DNA of 63,936 nt, counting the filler, from an uncultured Methanosarcinales archaeon (GTDB lineage: Archaea > Nanobdellota > Nanobdellia > Woesearchaeales > CAYXTQ01): assembly GCA_964608065.1 (NCBI GenBank). It is 10 parts of 10 records of this genome, joined end to end, with 100 filler letters (N's around TTAATTAATTAA, not from the genome) between each part and the next. Parts side by side here need not be neighbours in the genome. Positions count along the whole stretch, not along the records: positions 1 to 6,761 come from CAZSMA010000078.1; positions 6,862 to 13,617 come from CAZSMA010000079.1; 8 more parts are not named here. The stretch is one strand, 5' to 3'. The notes beneath the pieces are model-generated. The model worked only from the letters and a program-made list of their open reading frames with translations. It had not been told where the DNA came from and did no database searches. Below, piece by piece: positions 1 to 9,751 of this stretch (the first letter of the stretch is position 1; each line of letters opens with the position of its first letter). Both the position numbers and the translations under genes were made by a program.

Positions 1-151
<151 letters not shown>

Positions 152-281
152 TTAAGTGTTTCTAGGAAGATATTTCATCTGGTTTAGGAATTCATGTTTT
201 TTGATTTTTCGCAACCTAGAGTAATTTGGAGCATTGCAATCCCAAGAGATAATTTGATTTTGTTAAAGGTTTTGGCATTTT

Positions 282-956
282 TCAAGATCCCACTTCTTCC
301 TTAATTTTCTTTTTTAGGCTTCTTTCTTTAATATTCATCCAATATCGAGATACCCGATTAGAAAAGGACGGCAAGAATAAGAATTTATAATTTATATCAT
401 TTATAGTTCCTTGGGCAAATTTCATAGGCTCCTCAGAAACCTTTCCGAGAGTTCCTTTCAGAATTTTATTTTTTATAAAAAAATTTCTTGGTTTTGCCCC
501 AGAACAGATAATTAATTTTGGTTTTATAATATCTATCTGTCTAAACAAGTATGTTTTTGGACATTCTCTTATTTTTTTATCATTCTTTATTTTTTTATTT
601 AATTCATTTTCATCTGATGTTCCAATTTTATAAAGATCTATATTTGAAGAATTTTTCCCAAATTCTATTTCTAATTTTTTTTCAATTTTATTGAAATATT
701 TATGATAATCTTTGCTTTCTCTGTTTTTAAAATAATTTTCATTTCTTTCTATCCATTCATTAATATTCTTATTTTCCAATAATTTCTCAAACCATCTTTT
801 CGTATTTTTATTTATATGTGGGTTAATTCCTATAAAAATTATTTTTGTTTTATAACTTCCAAGCAAATCTTCATTTCTAACATCACAGCCAATACATTTA
901 TTACAGAAAAATAAATCTTCCCTCAGTTTTTGAATTTTTTTTCCTTTCCTCTTCAT
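282..956 (-). CDS. Uracil-DNA glycosylase-like family protein
   Basis: N-terminal CxxCxxC, GINP motif, IKPKLIICSG segment. Confidence 0.55.
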   Translation of the reverse strand: MKRKGKKIQKLREDLFFCNKCIGCDVRNEDLLGSYKTKIIFIGINPHINKNTKRWFEKLLENKNINEWIERNENYFKNRESKDYHKYFNKIEKKLEIEFGKNSSNIDLYKIGTSDENELNKKIKNDKKIRECPKTYLFRQIDIIKPKLIICSGAKPRNFFIKNKILKGTLGKVSEEPMKFAQGTINDINYKFLFLPSFSNRVSRYWMNIKERSLKKKIKEEVGS

Positions 957-1651
957 TTCAAAACCCTCTCCAACCTATTTATTTTGCCTGTCAATTCTTT
1001 AATATCATTTATCTCGAAATCAGCCCTGCTCTTTCCTCTGAATACAGGGGTTTTTACACCATATCTTGCATAACAGGTTTTAATTCCCAGTTTCTTTGGA
1101 ACCTGGATATCTCTTTTTATCCTGTCTCCAACCATCAGAGCTTCTCCTGGCTTGATTTTCAGTTTTCTTAATGCAGTCCTGAACGGAGCAGCATGAGTTT
1201 TTTGCTTTCTCACATCTCCAGCAGTTATTACAACATCAAAAAAATCATCAATATTTAATGCAACCAGCCTAAACCATGCATTTTGCCTAGGAGCATCACT
1301 TATAATTGCCAACTTGTATTTTTTCTTTAATTCAATCAAAACACTTGTTGTTCCAGAATAAGGTGCCATGTATGACTCTCTTAATTTCCTGTAAGCAATA
1401 ATCCCGTGAGCAACAATTCTGTAATCCACTTTTCCATTTAATTTTTTCAAAAGTTTTTCAAAAATATTTTTATATTCTATTCCGTGTTTATCATATAATT
1501 TAAATAGCTCTTTTAGTGCTTTTTTTTTGCTTGATTTTAATCCAACAGCAACCATAGCATCAACAGCAGCCTCGCAGCTTTTTTGTTTCATCTTCATAAA
1601 ATCAATCAGGGTGTTATCCAAGTCAAACAATATTGCTTTTATTACCATCAA
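953..1651 (-). CDS. HAD-superfamily hydrolase (subfamily IA)
   Basis: FDLDNTL motif I, ISD motif II, MVGDRIKRD motif IV. Confidence 0.9.
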   Translation of the reverse strand: MMVIKAILFDLDNTLIDFMKMKQKSCEAAVDAMVAVGLKSSKKKALKELFKLYDKHGIEYKNIFEKLLKKLNGKVDYRIVAHGIIAYRKLRESYMAPYSGTTSVLIELKKKYKLAIISDAPRQNAWFRLVALNIDDFFDVVITAGDVRKQKTHAAPFRTALRKLKIKPGEALMVGDRIKRDIQVPKKLGIKTCYARYGVKTPVFRGKSRADFEINDIKELTGKINRLERVLK

Positions 1652-1718
1652 AGATTTTAAGTTTTAAGACTATATAATATTTATCTATCTTATTTTGTTT
1701 AAACTAAGCATTTTAATT

Positions 1719-1937
1719 TCAATAAACTCCTGCGCCCTTGAGAAAAAAATGAGCTGCTGTAATCATGCATAAAATAAGCAATGCCTCACTCCAATAATTT
1801 TTCATAAGAGAACTTAGTGTTTTACTTTTTGGGAATTTCTTATCAACAACACCTATTACTCCGCATCCGCATAAAATAAAAAATCCATATATAAAAATTG
1901 TAAAGAAAATATTTACAAGAGTAATATAAGTTATCAT
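1719..1937 (-). CDS. Small membrane protein (2 TM)
   Basis: Two hydrophobic segments; last gene of micro-ORF run. Confidence 0.5.
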   Translation of the reverse strand: MITYITLVNIFFTIFIYGFFILCGCGVIGVVDKKFPKSKTLSSLMKNYWSEALLILCMITAAHFFLKGAGVY

Positions 1938-1946
1938 TTTAAATTT

Positions 1947-2060
1947 TTAGGGGGATTTTATTGCAAAAAATATTAAGGTTAACAGAATTATCATTGAGAT
2001 TACATATAGTATGTGATGCCAATTCTTTTTCCAAAATTTTTTATATTTGCTTTGTTTCAT
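1947..2060 (-). CDS. 37-aa basic/hydrophobic membrane peptide
   Basis: MKQSKYKKFWKKNWHHILYVISMIILLTLIFFAIKSP; tightly packed with neighbours. Confidence 0.5.
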   Translation of the reverse strand: MKQSKYKKFWKKNWHHILYVISMIILLTLIFFAIKSP

Positions 2061-2061
2061 T

Positions 2062-2160
2062 TTAAATCACCCCAAATCCCCTTAATGCCAAAGCAATTAT
2101 AATTCCAACTCCAATTATCCATAAAATTAACTCATTATTTCTTTTCCACCAGTTCCTCAT
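2062..2160 (-). CDS. 32-aa basic/hydrophobic membrane peptide (start may be further upstream)
   Basis: MRNWWKRNNELILWIIGVGIIIALALRGFGVI. Confidence 0.45.
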   Translation of the reverse strand: MRNWWKRNNELILWIIGVGIIIALALRGFGVI

Positions 2161-2324
2161 TTTAGTTTTTGTTTTAAATTCTCCACCAATTAACAATTTA
2201 TGATCATCTTTAGGTGCATAATTTACTTTTAAACCAACACTTTCTAAAAAAGGTTTGATCTTTTTCAAAACTCGTGTTTTGCCACTTCCATTGTCCCCTA
2301 TTGCTTTAATTTCAATTTTTACTA

Positions 2325-2432
2325 TTACATTAACCTTATTGCTTGTGAAAGGAAGTAAAAACTAATTAATAACAATATGATTGATTGCCAATGCTTTTTC
2401 AACCAAGTTTTTACTTTTATCCAGTTTTTCAT
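2325..2432 (-). CDS. 35-aa basic/hydrophobic membrane peptide
   Basis: MKNWIKVKTWLKKHWQSIILLLISFYFLSQAIRLM. Confidence 0.45.
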   Translation of the reverse strand: MKNWIKVKTWLKKHWQSIILLLISFYFLSQAIRLM

Positions 2433-2441
2433 TTTAATTTC

Positions 2442-2522
2442 TTATTTTGGTATTAGTGTCCATATAATCCCGCCAATTATAATTGCGAGTGTTATCCAAA
2501 ATACATACCATTCAATTTTCAT
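2442..2522 (-). CDS. 26-aa hydrophobic peptide
   Basis: MKIEWYVFWITLAIIIGGIIWTLIPK; starts 1 nt after upstream stop. Confidence 0.4.
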   Translation of the reverse strand: MKIEWYVFWITLAIIIGGIIWTLIPK

Positions 2523-2523
2523 T

Positions 2524-2691
2524 TTATTTATGCAAAATCTCAAAAACTATCTCATTATCCTTGATTTCCTTTACTTTCCAGTGCTTTTTCTCTCCATCTT
2601 CTGAAGTCAGCTCCAAGTCAGGTATTGAAATTGACTTTTTTCCTCTTACAACCATTTTATATGTGCCTTGTTCAATAATTTTCTCTTCCAT
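2524..2691 (-). CDS. 55-aa hypothetical protein
   Basis: MEEKIIEQGTYKMVVRGKKS...; TATA-like TTTATATA about 25 nt upstream. Confidence 0.5.
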   Translation of the reverse strand: MEEKIIEQGTYKMVVRGKKSISIPDLELTSEDGEKKHWKVKEIKDNEIVFEILHK

Positions 2692-2724
2692 ATGACAACT
2701 TAAACTAAGAATTATATAAATTTG

Positions 2725-2746
2725 TTTGACTACTCAGAGATTAAAC
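2725..2746. repeat. 22-bp direct repeat, copy 1 (TTTGACTACTCAGAGATTAAAC)
   Basis: Identical to 3586-3607. Confidence 0.9.
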
Positions 2747-2771
2747 TACTTTTTACCTTTTCATACAATCC

Positions 2772-3104
2772 TCACAACCACTCCTCTAATTTTATTCTTA
2801 ACAACTCATCCAGCTCTTTATCATGCCTGCGAAAATCATTAGAAATTCCAAGAACAATTATTTCTTTTTCTTCAGCCTCTGGAAATTTCTGGAGAAGCTG
2901 TGTCTTGTGAAATTCTGTGTGTTCATCCATCACAAAGATTGTGCTTGCCCATCTTATTTTCTCACTTGTTATTTTTTTAGAAGAATCCATTGGAAAAAAC
3001 CCAGCAGACCTCGCCTCAACATCTTCTGAATCCTTAAATAAAGCTTCTGCTGCAGGACTCCTGTCTATGCTTGCTCTGCAAATAAACAGCAAATGCTTTT
3101 TCAT
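2772..3104 (-). CDS. Low-molecular-weight protein-tyrosine-phosphatase-like protein
   Basis: LFICRASIDRS (CX5RS), SAG, IFVMD. Confidence 0.85.
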   Translation of the reverse strand: MKKHLLFICRASIDRSPAAEALFKDSEDVEARSAGFFPMDSSKKITSEKIRWASTIFVMDEHTEFHKTQLLQKFPEAEEKEIIVLGISNDFRRHDKELDELLRIKLEEWL

Positions 3105-3109
3105 TTTAA

Positions 3110-3538
3110 TTATCTTAATTTAAAATCTCTTGTATCTATGACATTGCATTTAACTTTGCTGTTTTTGATTTTAGATAAAAATTCTTGAGGCATTTCCACC
3201 AAAGTAATAATAGTTTGCTGTTTGAATGTTGATAATTTGACTAAGGTTTTACTTAAATTTTTTTTATCTATCCTGCCCAAGACATCATCAATTAATAAGG
3301 ATTCATGCAACCCTAAAAAACCATCAAGCATCATCATTATTTGCTCACTATGAGATAATTGGTCATATTTGCTTTTTAGGTAATTAATCACTGTGGATTT
3401 GCCTGTGGCATTTTTTCCTTTAATTATGTTCAAACCACTTTTAAACTCTATATCTGCTTTTTTAATTACCCCACAATCTTTAATTTTAACTTTATTCACT
3501 TTTTTTCTTAAAAACCAAAAACCTTCTGTTGTTATCAT
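3110..3538 (-). CDS. Minimal ABC/SMC-type ATPase (AAA family)
   Basis: GLNIIKGKNATGKST Walker A, LSHSEQ signature-like, LLIDD Walker B. Confidence 0.65.
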   Translation of the reverse strand: MITTEGFWFLRKKVNKVKIKDCGVIKKADIEFKSGLNIIKGKNATGKSTVINYLKSKYDQLSHSEQIMMMLDGFLGLHESLLIDDVLGRIDKKNLSKTLVKLSTFKQQTIITLVEMPQEFLSKIKNSKVKCNVIDTRDFKLR

Positions 3539-3585
3539 TAAAAATCTCCTATTTTGAATTCAAAATTCTTAAATATTTAAACTTA

Positions 3586-3607
3586 TTTGACTACTCAGAG
3601 ATTAAAC
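3586..3607. repeat. 22-bp direct repeat, copy 2
   Basis: Identical to 2725-2746. Confidence 0.9.
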
Positions 3608-3708
3608 CCTTTGCTTTGCCAGTGAATTTTTCATATTGTTTATATCTGAAAAGAAGCAAATAGGACTATAAAAAGCAAGAGAAAGTTATCCACACATATT
3701 GAATTTAT

Positions 3709-3906
3709 TCAAAATCTCAAAAAATAGCCCTCACGAGGTTCAAAGATACTGCAGGTGTCTTTTAATTTATTTATAGCTTCTTCAAATTCCTCTCTGGTAA
3801 TTTCCCTTAGCTTATCAAACAACATCTCTTTAATTATAAGTTTTCCCCATTCATTTTCCAAATCCAGAATTGCAGACATGATTTTGTTTAATTTTTCCTC
3901 TTTCAT
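3709..3906 (-). CDS. Small winged-helix protein resembling the MCM C-terminal domain
   Basis: EEAINKLK...IFEPREGY pattern. Confidence 0.5.
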   Translation of the reverse strand: MKEEKLNKIMSAILDLENEWGKLIIKEMLFDKLREITREEFEEAINKLKDTCSIFEPREGYFLRF

Positions 3907-4085
3907 TTATTATAAAAAAGCCTCTTTTATTTATATTTTTAGAACTACTTAAAGGTGAGTTTATGTTTTTTAAGATTATCTAAAGATATTAAGAAAAATA
4001 TTTTTTAAATTGAGAATTCTGAAAGGAAATAATTTTGAGAAGATTTAAAGAAAAAAAAGAGAAATAAAAAATAAAAAAAATAAAT

Positions 4086-5492
4086 TTATGCTGTGCCGTA
4101 TAATGCTTGGATTCCTGCAATATCTCCTGATTCAAGAGTTCTTTTTTCAGTATCTCCATAACTACTATATCCGAACATTGTTTGTTCTACACATGGTCTT
4201 TGATATAAATCACTTAATCCAAGTCCATGACCGATTTCATGTGTTGCAATGTTTTGAAGATCCATTACTGGTGTTCCAGAAGTTGTTGCATCTCCCCAAG
4301 CAAAATCTGTGTCAAACATTATGTCATATTCAACTATTTCATTTGTGTAAGAGTCATACCATGTTCTACAAACTGCAATTACTCCACTTAATGGATAATT
4401 TCCCATTGAGTAAGAATTTTTATAATCCTGCTCGTCGTTAAATCCAGCAAATTCATCAACAATTCCACCACCAAGCAAATCAAATCCTGTCTCATCATTC
4501 CATGTTCCTATAGAAATTGTCGCTATATCTAATAAATCTTGACTTTGAGCAACATAAGTTGGTGTGTTAGGCCATTTTGGACCCATTAATTTGTAACAAG
4601 CTGGACCTTTTGTTTTATCAGGTTTTACTTTTTTTGCTTCCATATCGTCTTTTCTTAAAATGTGTGTTGTACTATAAATTCCATTGCCGTGATATTTTGT
4701 GTAAGATACACTTTCTGAATCCTCATTGATTAAATTGTTTTCAAAAAGGTATTCTGTTGGATTCCAACCAGATAATTTATCATCAACAATATTCCCACTT
4801 AATACTAACCAGATTTTTGCTCCTTCATTCCAATCAATACTCCAAGGAATTGATGCAAAATCAAATTCTCCTTTGATATTAACATTTCCATCTTCATTAA
4901 CGATTCCTGTTTCTAATATTTCAATTGGATGTGGCCATACTGCTGAACCTATATCTGTTACAGTTAAATCGAATGTTTGGCCAGGACCAGCACAATTACT
5001 TCCTGTACAAGTAACAGTGTAACCTAGATTTATATTATTGTATGTAAGAGTAAACGACTCCAAACTTGTTCCGCTTACATCCCAAGTGATTGCATTATTT
5101 GCATTATAATATCCTGTTCCTGAAAATCCAGATTCATCAAAAGAATTTATCTCCATTGTATGTGTATAAATACCTGAACAACCCACAGTGCACTCAAAGT
5201 TTAATGTATATTTGTTATCGAAATCTGGATAATATATCAAACTATAATCTTCTCCTGACACTAATTTATGCCCATTAAATACAAATTTATTATCTTGATA
5301 CATCATTTTACCCCAAGCACCATCTAATACTTCCCAGGTAGATGGATTTTTTTCATAAAGATATAAATGTTGTGCATTTCCGTTATGAGCTCTTTCATAT
5401 GCTGGTGTTTCTAATTGTTTCCCAGCAACTGCAAATCCTAAAGAAGCCATCACCACAAAAATCATGCACATCGCTATTATTGTTTTTTTCAT
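4086..5492 (-). CDS. Secreted protein with C-terminal matrixin (M10) metalloprotease domain
   Basis: Signal peptide; ATHEIGHGLGLSD zinc motif (third ligand D), TM Met-turn, DIAGIQALYG end. Confidence 0.8.
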   Translation of the reverse strand: MKKTIIAMCMIFVVMASLGFAVAGKQLETPAYERAHNGNAQHLYLYEKNPSTWEVLDGAWGKMMYQDNKFVFNGHKLVSGEDYSLIYYPDFDNKYTLNFECTVGCSGIYTHTMEINSFDESGFSGTGYYNANNAITWDVSGTSLESFTLTYNNINLGYTVTCTGSNCAGPGQTFDLTVTDIGSAVWPHPIEILETGIVNEDGNVNIKGEFDFASIPWSIDWNEGAKIWLVLSGNIVDDKLSGWNPTEYLFENNLINEDSESVSYTKYHGNGIYSTTHILRKDDMEAKKVKPDKTKGPACYKLMGPKWPNTPTYVAQSQDLLDIATISIGTWNDETGFDLLGGGIVDEFAGFNDEQDYKNSYSMGNYPLSGVIAVCRTWYDSYTNEIVEYDIMFDTDFAWGDATTSGTPVMDLQNIATHEIGHGLGLSDLYQRPCVEQTMFGYSSYGDTEKRTLESGDIAGIQALYGTA

Positions 5493-5604
5493 ATTTATTT
5501 TACCTCCTATGATTTAATTAAAAGAACAAAATATGGGAAGTATATATAATTTATTGTGATAAAAAAGAAAAAAAGGGAAGATAAAATCTTCCTTGAATTA
5601 AAAA

Positions 5605-6492
5605 TTAGTTTTCTTCAAACAAATAACTTGTTGGATTCCAAGCAGTCATTCCTTCAGTTCCACAACTTACATCACTTGCTTTAACTAACCAAATTTTAAC
5701 TGGTATGGCTACATCATCTGATTTTAGGGCAAAAGAATACCCTCCAACTAAATCCATATTTCCATCTACATCACTTATTCCTGTTTCAAAACATGCAATA
5801 TTTGACCATCCGCCATATGTCAATAAAGTGTAACTTGTACTTGGCGCTAAATCATATCCCCAAAACTTAAAATCATCTGTATCATAATGAACTTTCCCAT
5901 AAGCTCCATCTATTACAGACCAATCACTTGGATTTTTACTAAATAAATTTAGCAAAGTATATTCATATAGTGTCTCATAGATTAAATTGTTTTCAAACAA
6001 ATATTCATTAGGATTCCATGCATTAAAGCAATCCTCTGCCATATCAGCTGTTGGAACTAACCAAATCTTTGCTCCACTTACACCTTCGTAGTCTCCACCA
6101 AATTCATATGGATAATCGTTAATAACTACCTCGGACATTGCTCCCATGATATGAACATTGCCATCATTATTAGCTTCAGCATTGCCTAATATTGCTGAAC
6201 CACATCCATTCCAAGGTTCCTTATAACTAATCAAAGTATAATCTGTTCCAGCAACTAATCCATGTCCATTGAAAACAAATTTTGCATCAGTGTATGTCAT
6301 TTTACCCCAAGCTCCACCATCTATAATACTCCAATCACTTGAATCTTTCTCATACAAGTATAATTGATTTGCTTGACCTTCATTTTTTAATCCATCAAAA
6401 GATATCTCTGTCTTTGCTTGCTTAGCAAAAACAAACCCAATAGAAACCATTAAAACAGAAATCATCAATAAACTTAAAATTATTTTTTTCAT
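5605..6492 (-). CDS. Secreted protein with two copies of a domain shared with 4086-5492
   Basis: Signal peptide; repeated DWS..DGA.GK...KIWLV...WNP..YLFE.N. Confidence 0.75.
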   Translation of the reverse strand: MKKIILSLLMISVLMVSIGFVFAKQAKTEISFDGLKNEGQANQLYLYEKDSSDWSIIDGGAWGKMTYTDAKFVFNGHGLVAGTDYTLISYKEPWNGCGSAILGNAEANNDGNVHIMGAMSEVVINDYPYEFGGDYEGVSGAKIWLVPTADMAEDCFNAWNPNEYLFENNLIYETLYEYTLLNLFSKNPSDWSVIDGAYGKVHYDTDDFKFWGYDLAPSTSYTLLTYGGWSNIACFETGISDVDGNMDLVGGYSFALKSDDVAIPVKIWLVKASDVSCGTEGMTAWNPTSYLFEEN

Positions 6493-6761
6493 ATTATTTT
6501 TTATTACCTCCTTTCAATTTTATAAATATCCTGCAATACAGGAATGAATAGGAATTTGTGGATTTATTTTCAATTGTATTTGCATTATTTATTAGAACCA
6601 TTAAAACTATAAGATGATTTTATATAAAAGCATTATGTTGGTTAAGAATATATACACTCCTATTTCTTCTTTCTTTTATAAAGGAATTTGCATAATTAAT
6701 TTTTCAACCCTTCTTCCAAATCTTCCAATGAAAACAGAATTCCCCATAAAACCACATCTTG

Positions 6762-6861
6762 NNNNNNNNNNNNNNNNNNNNNNNNNNNNNNNNNNNNNNN
6801 NNNNNTTAATTAATTAANNNNNNNNNNNNNNNNNNNNNNNNNNNNNNNNNNNNNNNNNNNN
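6762..6861. other. Artificial contig linker (also 13618-13717, 20436-20535, 27250-27349, 33925-34024, 40530-40629, 47108-47207, 53456-53555, 59755-59854)
   Basis: N-run + TTAATTAATTAA (stops in all frames) + N-run, same layout each time. Confidence 0.98.
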
Positions 6862-6950
6862 TATATATATATTTTATATTATAATTAATATTAATTTTTT
6901 AGAAATATAATAATATTTTGAAAGTATAGTTTCCAATAGAAACACAGGGG
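6862..6950 (+). promoter_or_regulatory. Archaeal replication origin: AT-rich unwinding region plus ORB (6929-6950)
   Basis: GTTTCCAATAGAAACACAGGGG matches ORB pattern TTCCAxxGAAAC plus G-string, directly upstream of cdc6. Confidence 0.8.
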
Positions 6951-7004
6951 TATGTATATTAAAGTATAATAACACTTATAAAGTTTTTATTTTTGTAAAT
7001 CTTT

Positions 7005-8216
7005 ATGAAACAAAGGAATCTTGGGAGTTTTTTTGAAGATTTTTTGAAAAGAGAATCTTTTTTTATAAACAAAAAAACACTACAATCAAATTTCACTCCA
7101 GAGCTTATAATCCATAGGGATGAACAAATAAAACAAGTAGCAGATATCTTAGCCCCTATACTTAAATTAGAGAGGCCTTCTAATCTCTTTATTTATGGCA
7201 AGACCGGGACAGGTAAGACTCTGTCAGTGAAGTATACTACCGACCAAATAAAAAAGGTTGCTGAGAAAAACAACATACCTCTTACCGTAGTATATATAAA
7301 CTGTAAATTAAAAAAAGTTGCAGACACAGAATATAGGCTGGTTGCACAGCTAGCAAGAGAATTCAAAAAAGAGATACCCCCAACCGGGCTACCAACAGAC
7401 GAAATCTATAAAATATTTTTTTCGGCTTTGGATAAAGAAAAAAAAAACCTGCTTTTGATTTTAGATGAGCTGGATCAACTAGTTAAAAGGGCAGGAGACG
7501 GGATATTATATAATCTTACAAGGATAAATGAAGAATTAAAAAATTCACAGATAACCCTTATTGGAGTGAGTAATGACCTTATTTTTGTGGATAACCTTGA
7601 TCCAAGGGTAAAAAGTTCTCTTTCAGAAGAGGAAATTTTATTTCCACCATACAACGCAATTCAGATAAAGGATATATTGAAACAGCGGATAAACTTAGCT
7701 TTCAGGAAGAATGTAATTGCATTAGGTGCAATAGAAAAATGTGCTGCTTATGCTGCAAGAGAGCACGGAGATGCAAGAAGGGCATTGGAGTTATTGAGGG
7801 TTGCTGCAGAATTAGCTGAGAGGAGCAATTCAACCAAGGTTGAAATTAAGCACATAGATTCTGCAGAGGAAAAAATAGAGAGGGACAGAGTCATAGATAT
7901 AATTAATATCCAGCCAAAACAGTTTCAGTTAATTTTATATTCTATACTTTCATTATACTTAAAAAGAAAAAACATCTTGTTTACAGGAGAGATATACGAA
8001 TTGTATAAAGGCCTTGCAAAAAAAACAAACTTAAGACCCTTAACACAAAGAAGAGTTTCTGACGTGATCTCAGAATTAGATATGTTAGGTATAATAAATG
8101 CTAAAGTAATATCCAAAGGAAGGTATGGGAGGACGAGAGAGATATCTTTGATAACTCCAAGTTCAGTTAATATGAAGATAAAATCTATATTAGAGGAAGG
8201 GTTAGGCTTATCTTAA
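7005..8216 (+). CDS. cdc6: Orc1/Cdc6 replication initiator
   Basis: YGKTGTGKT Walker A, LDELD, HGDARRAL, C-terminal wHTH SKGRYGRTR. Confidence 0.97.
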   Translation: MKQRNLGSFFEDFLKRESFFINKKTLQSNFTPELIIHRDEQIKQVADILAPILKLERPSNLFIYGKTGTGKTLSVKYTTDQIKKVAEKNNIPLTVVYINCKLKKVADTEYRLVAQLAREFKKEIPPTGLPTDEIYKIFFSALDKEKKNLLLILDELDQLVKRAGDGILYNLTRINEELKNSQITLIGVSNDLIFVDNLDPRVKSSLSEEEILFPPYNAIQIKDILKQRINLAFRKNVIALGAIEKCAAYAAREHGDARRALELLRVAAELAERSNSTKVEIKHIDSAEEKIERDRVIDIINIQPKQFQLILYSILSLYLKRKNILFTGEIYELYKGLAKKTNLRPLTQRRVSDVISELDMLGIINAKVISKGRYGRTREISLITPSSVNMKIKSILEEGLGLS

Positions 8217-8270
8217 TTAGCTATGTTTGTGTGCGTTTTATTTTATTAAATAACGTAATCCAAATATTTA

Positions 8271-9749
8271 ATGTTTTTATTTTATAAAATGGAATTAAAA
8301 AATATAAAAGCGGACGAGAAAAAGAAAATTGTTGAGTATTTTCTTGAGCAGGGAATTCTGGTTAACAAGGAGTTATTAGATAAATTAAGTGAAGAAGACG
8401 TAAAAAAGATATGTAGTTTTGGTTCTGTGACTAAGGAAACGATTTTAGATAAAGACACGTTAGATAATTTCAAGAAAGGAGACAAAGGACCTAGATCAGA
8501 GGTTAAAGTTGTGTTTTCCTATCAAGAGGAAGCAAAAAAAAGGAGTATTCAGGACTTTGTAGGATTTTTTAACAGAAGATACGAATCTCTAAAGAACATA
8601 CTTTATAATAGGCAAGAGCTGGAAAACATAACCTCCATCAGCAGAATAAAAAAGAAAACTGAAAGAGAACAGGTTTCTGTAATTGCGATGGTTACTGAAA
8701 AACACACAACCAAAAATCAAAACATAATACTCACATTAGAAGATAATACAGGGAGTATCAAAGCACTAGTAAATAAAAACAAACCCGACCTATACCGTGA
8801 AGCAAAGAACATAGTTTTAGATGAAGTGATAGGGGCGGTAGGGTCAAATTCAGATAATATTGTTTTTTTGAATAATATCTTATGGCCAGACATACCTTTA
8901 GGCAAAGAATTAAAAAAGAATCCTACAAAAGAGTATGCTTTGTTTCTTTCAGATTTTCATGTTGGTTCAGATCATTTTTTAGGAGAACAATTTAATAAAT
9001 TTTTACAATGGATTAATTGTGAGACAGGAAGCGAAGAACAAAAAGAAGTTGCGAGAAATGTGAAATATATTTTTATTGTAGGTGATTTAATAGATGGTGT
9101 AGGGATATATCCTGGGCAGGACAAAGAGCTGGTGATAAAGGACGTTTATGAGCAGTATAAAGAATGCGCAAACTTATTAAAAAAAATCCCGTGCCACATA
9201 AAACTGATAATATGTGCTGGTAATCATGATGCTATGAGGATAGCAGAACCTCAACCAGAGCTTTATAGGGATTTTGCAGAGCCGATTTATGAACTTCCAA
9301 ATATCATTATGGTCAGCAACCCGGGTATAGTTAATATGGGAGCAACTAAAGATTTTCCTGGATTTGATGTGTTGCTTTATCATGGTTATAGTTTTGATTA
9401 TTATGTTGCTAATGTAGATTCAATAAGAAACCAAGGAGGATATGATAGAGCAGATCTAATAATGAAATTTTTACTAAAAAGAAGGCATCTAGCACCAACA
9501 TACACTTCTACATTATATATACCTGATGCCAAAAAGGACCATTTGGTTATAACAAATATCCCTGATTTTTTTATTACAGGCCATATCCACAAGACGTCTG
9601 TGTCCAATTACAGGAACATTACTTTGGTATGTGGTTCTTGCTGGCAAAGTAAAACCCCTTTCCAAGAAAAAGTAGGTCATCACCCAGAACCCTGCAGGGT
9701 ACCTATTGTAGATTTACAGACAAGGGTTGTAAAGATATTAAAGTTTTGA
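8271..9749 (+). CDS. polB: DNA polymerase D small subunit DP1
   Basis: OB fold plus SDFHVGS, GDLIDGVGIYPGQ, GNHD, YHG, GHIH phosphoesterase motifs. Confidence 0.96.
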   Translation: MFLFYKMELKNIKADEKKKIVEYFLEQGILVNKELLDKLSEEDVKKICSFGSVTKETILDKDTLDNFKKGDKGPRSEVKVVFSYQEEAKKRSIQDFVGFFNRRYESLKNILYNRQELENITSISRIKKKTEREQVSVIAMVTEKHTTKNQNIILTLEDNTGSIKALVNKNKPDLYREAKNIVLDEVIGAVGSNSDNIVFLNNILWPDIPLGKELKKNPTKEYALFLSDFHVGSDHFLGEQFNKFLQWINCETGSEEQKEVARNVKYIFIVGDLIDGVGIYPGQDKELVIKDVYEQYKECANLLKKIPCHIKLIICAGNHDAMRIAEPQPELYRDFAEPIYELPNIIMVSNPGIVNMGATKDFPGFDVLLYHGYSFDYYVANVDSIRNQGGYDRADLIMKFLLKRRHLAPTYTSTLYIPDAKKDHLVITNIPDFFITGHIHKTSVSNYRNITLVCGSCWQSKTPFQEKVGHHPEPCRVPIVDLQTRVVKILKF

Positions 9750-9751
9750 AA

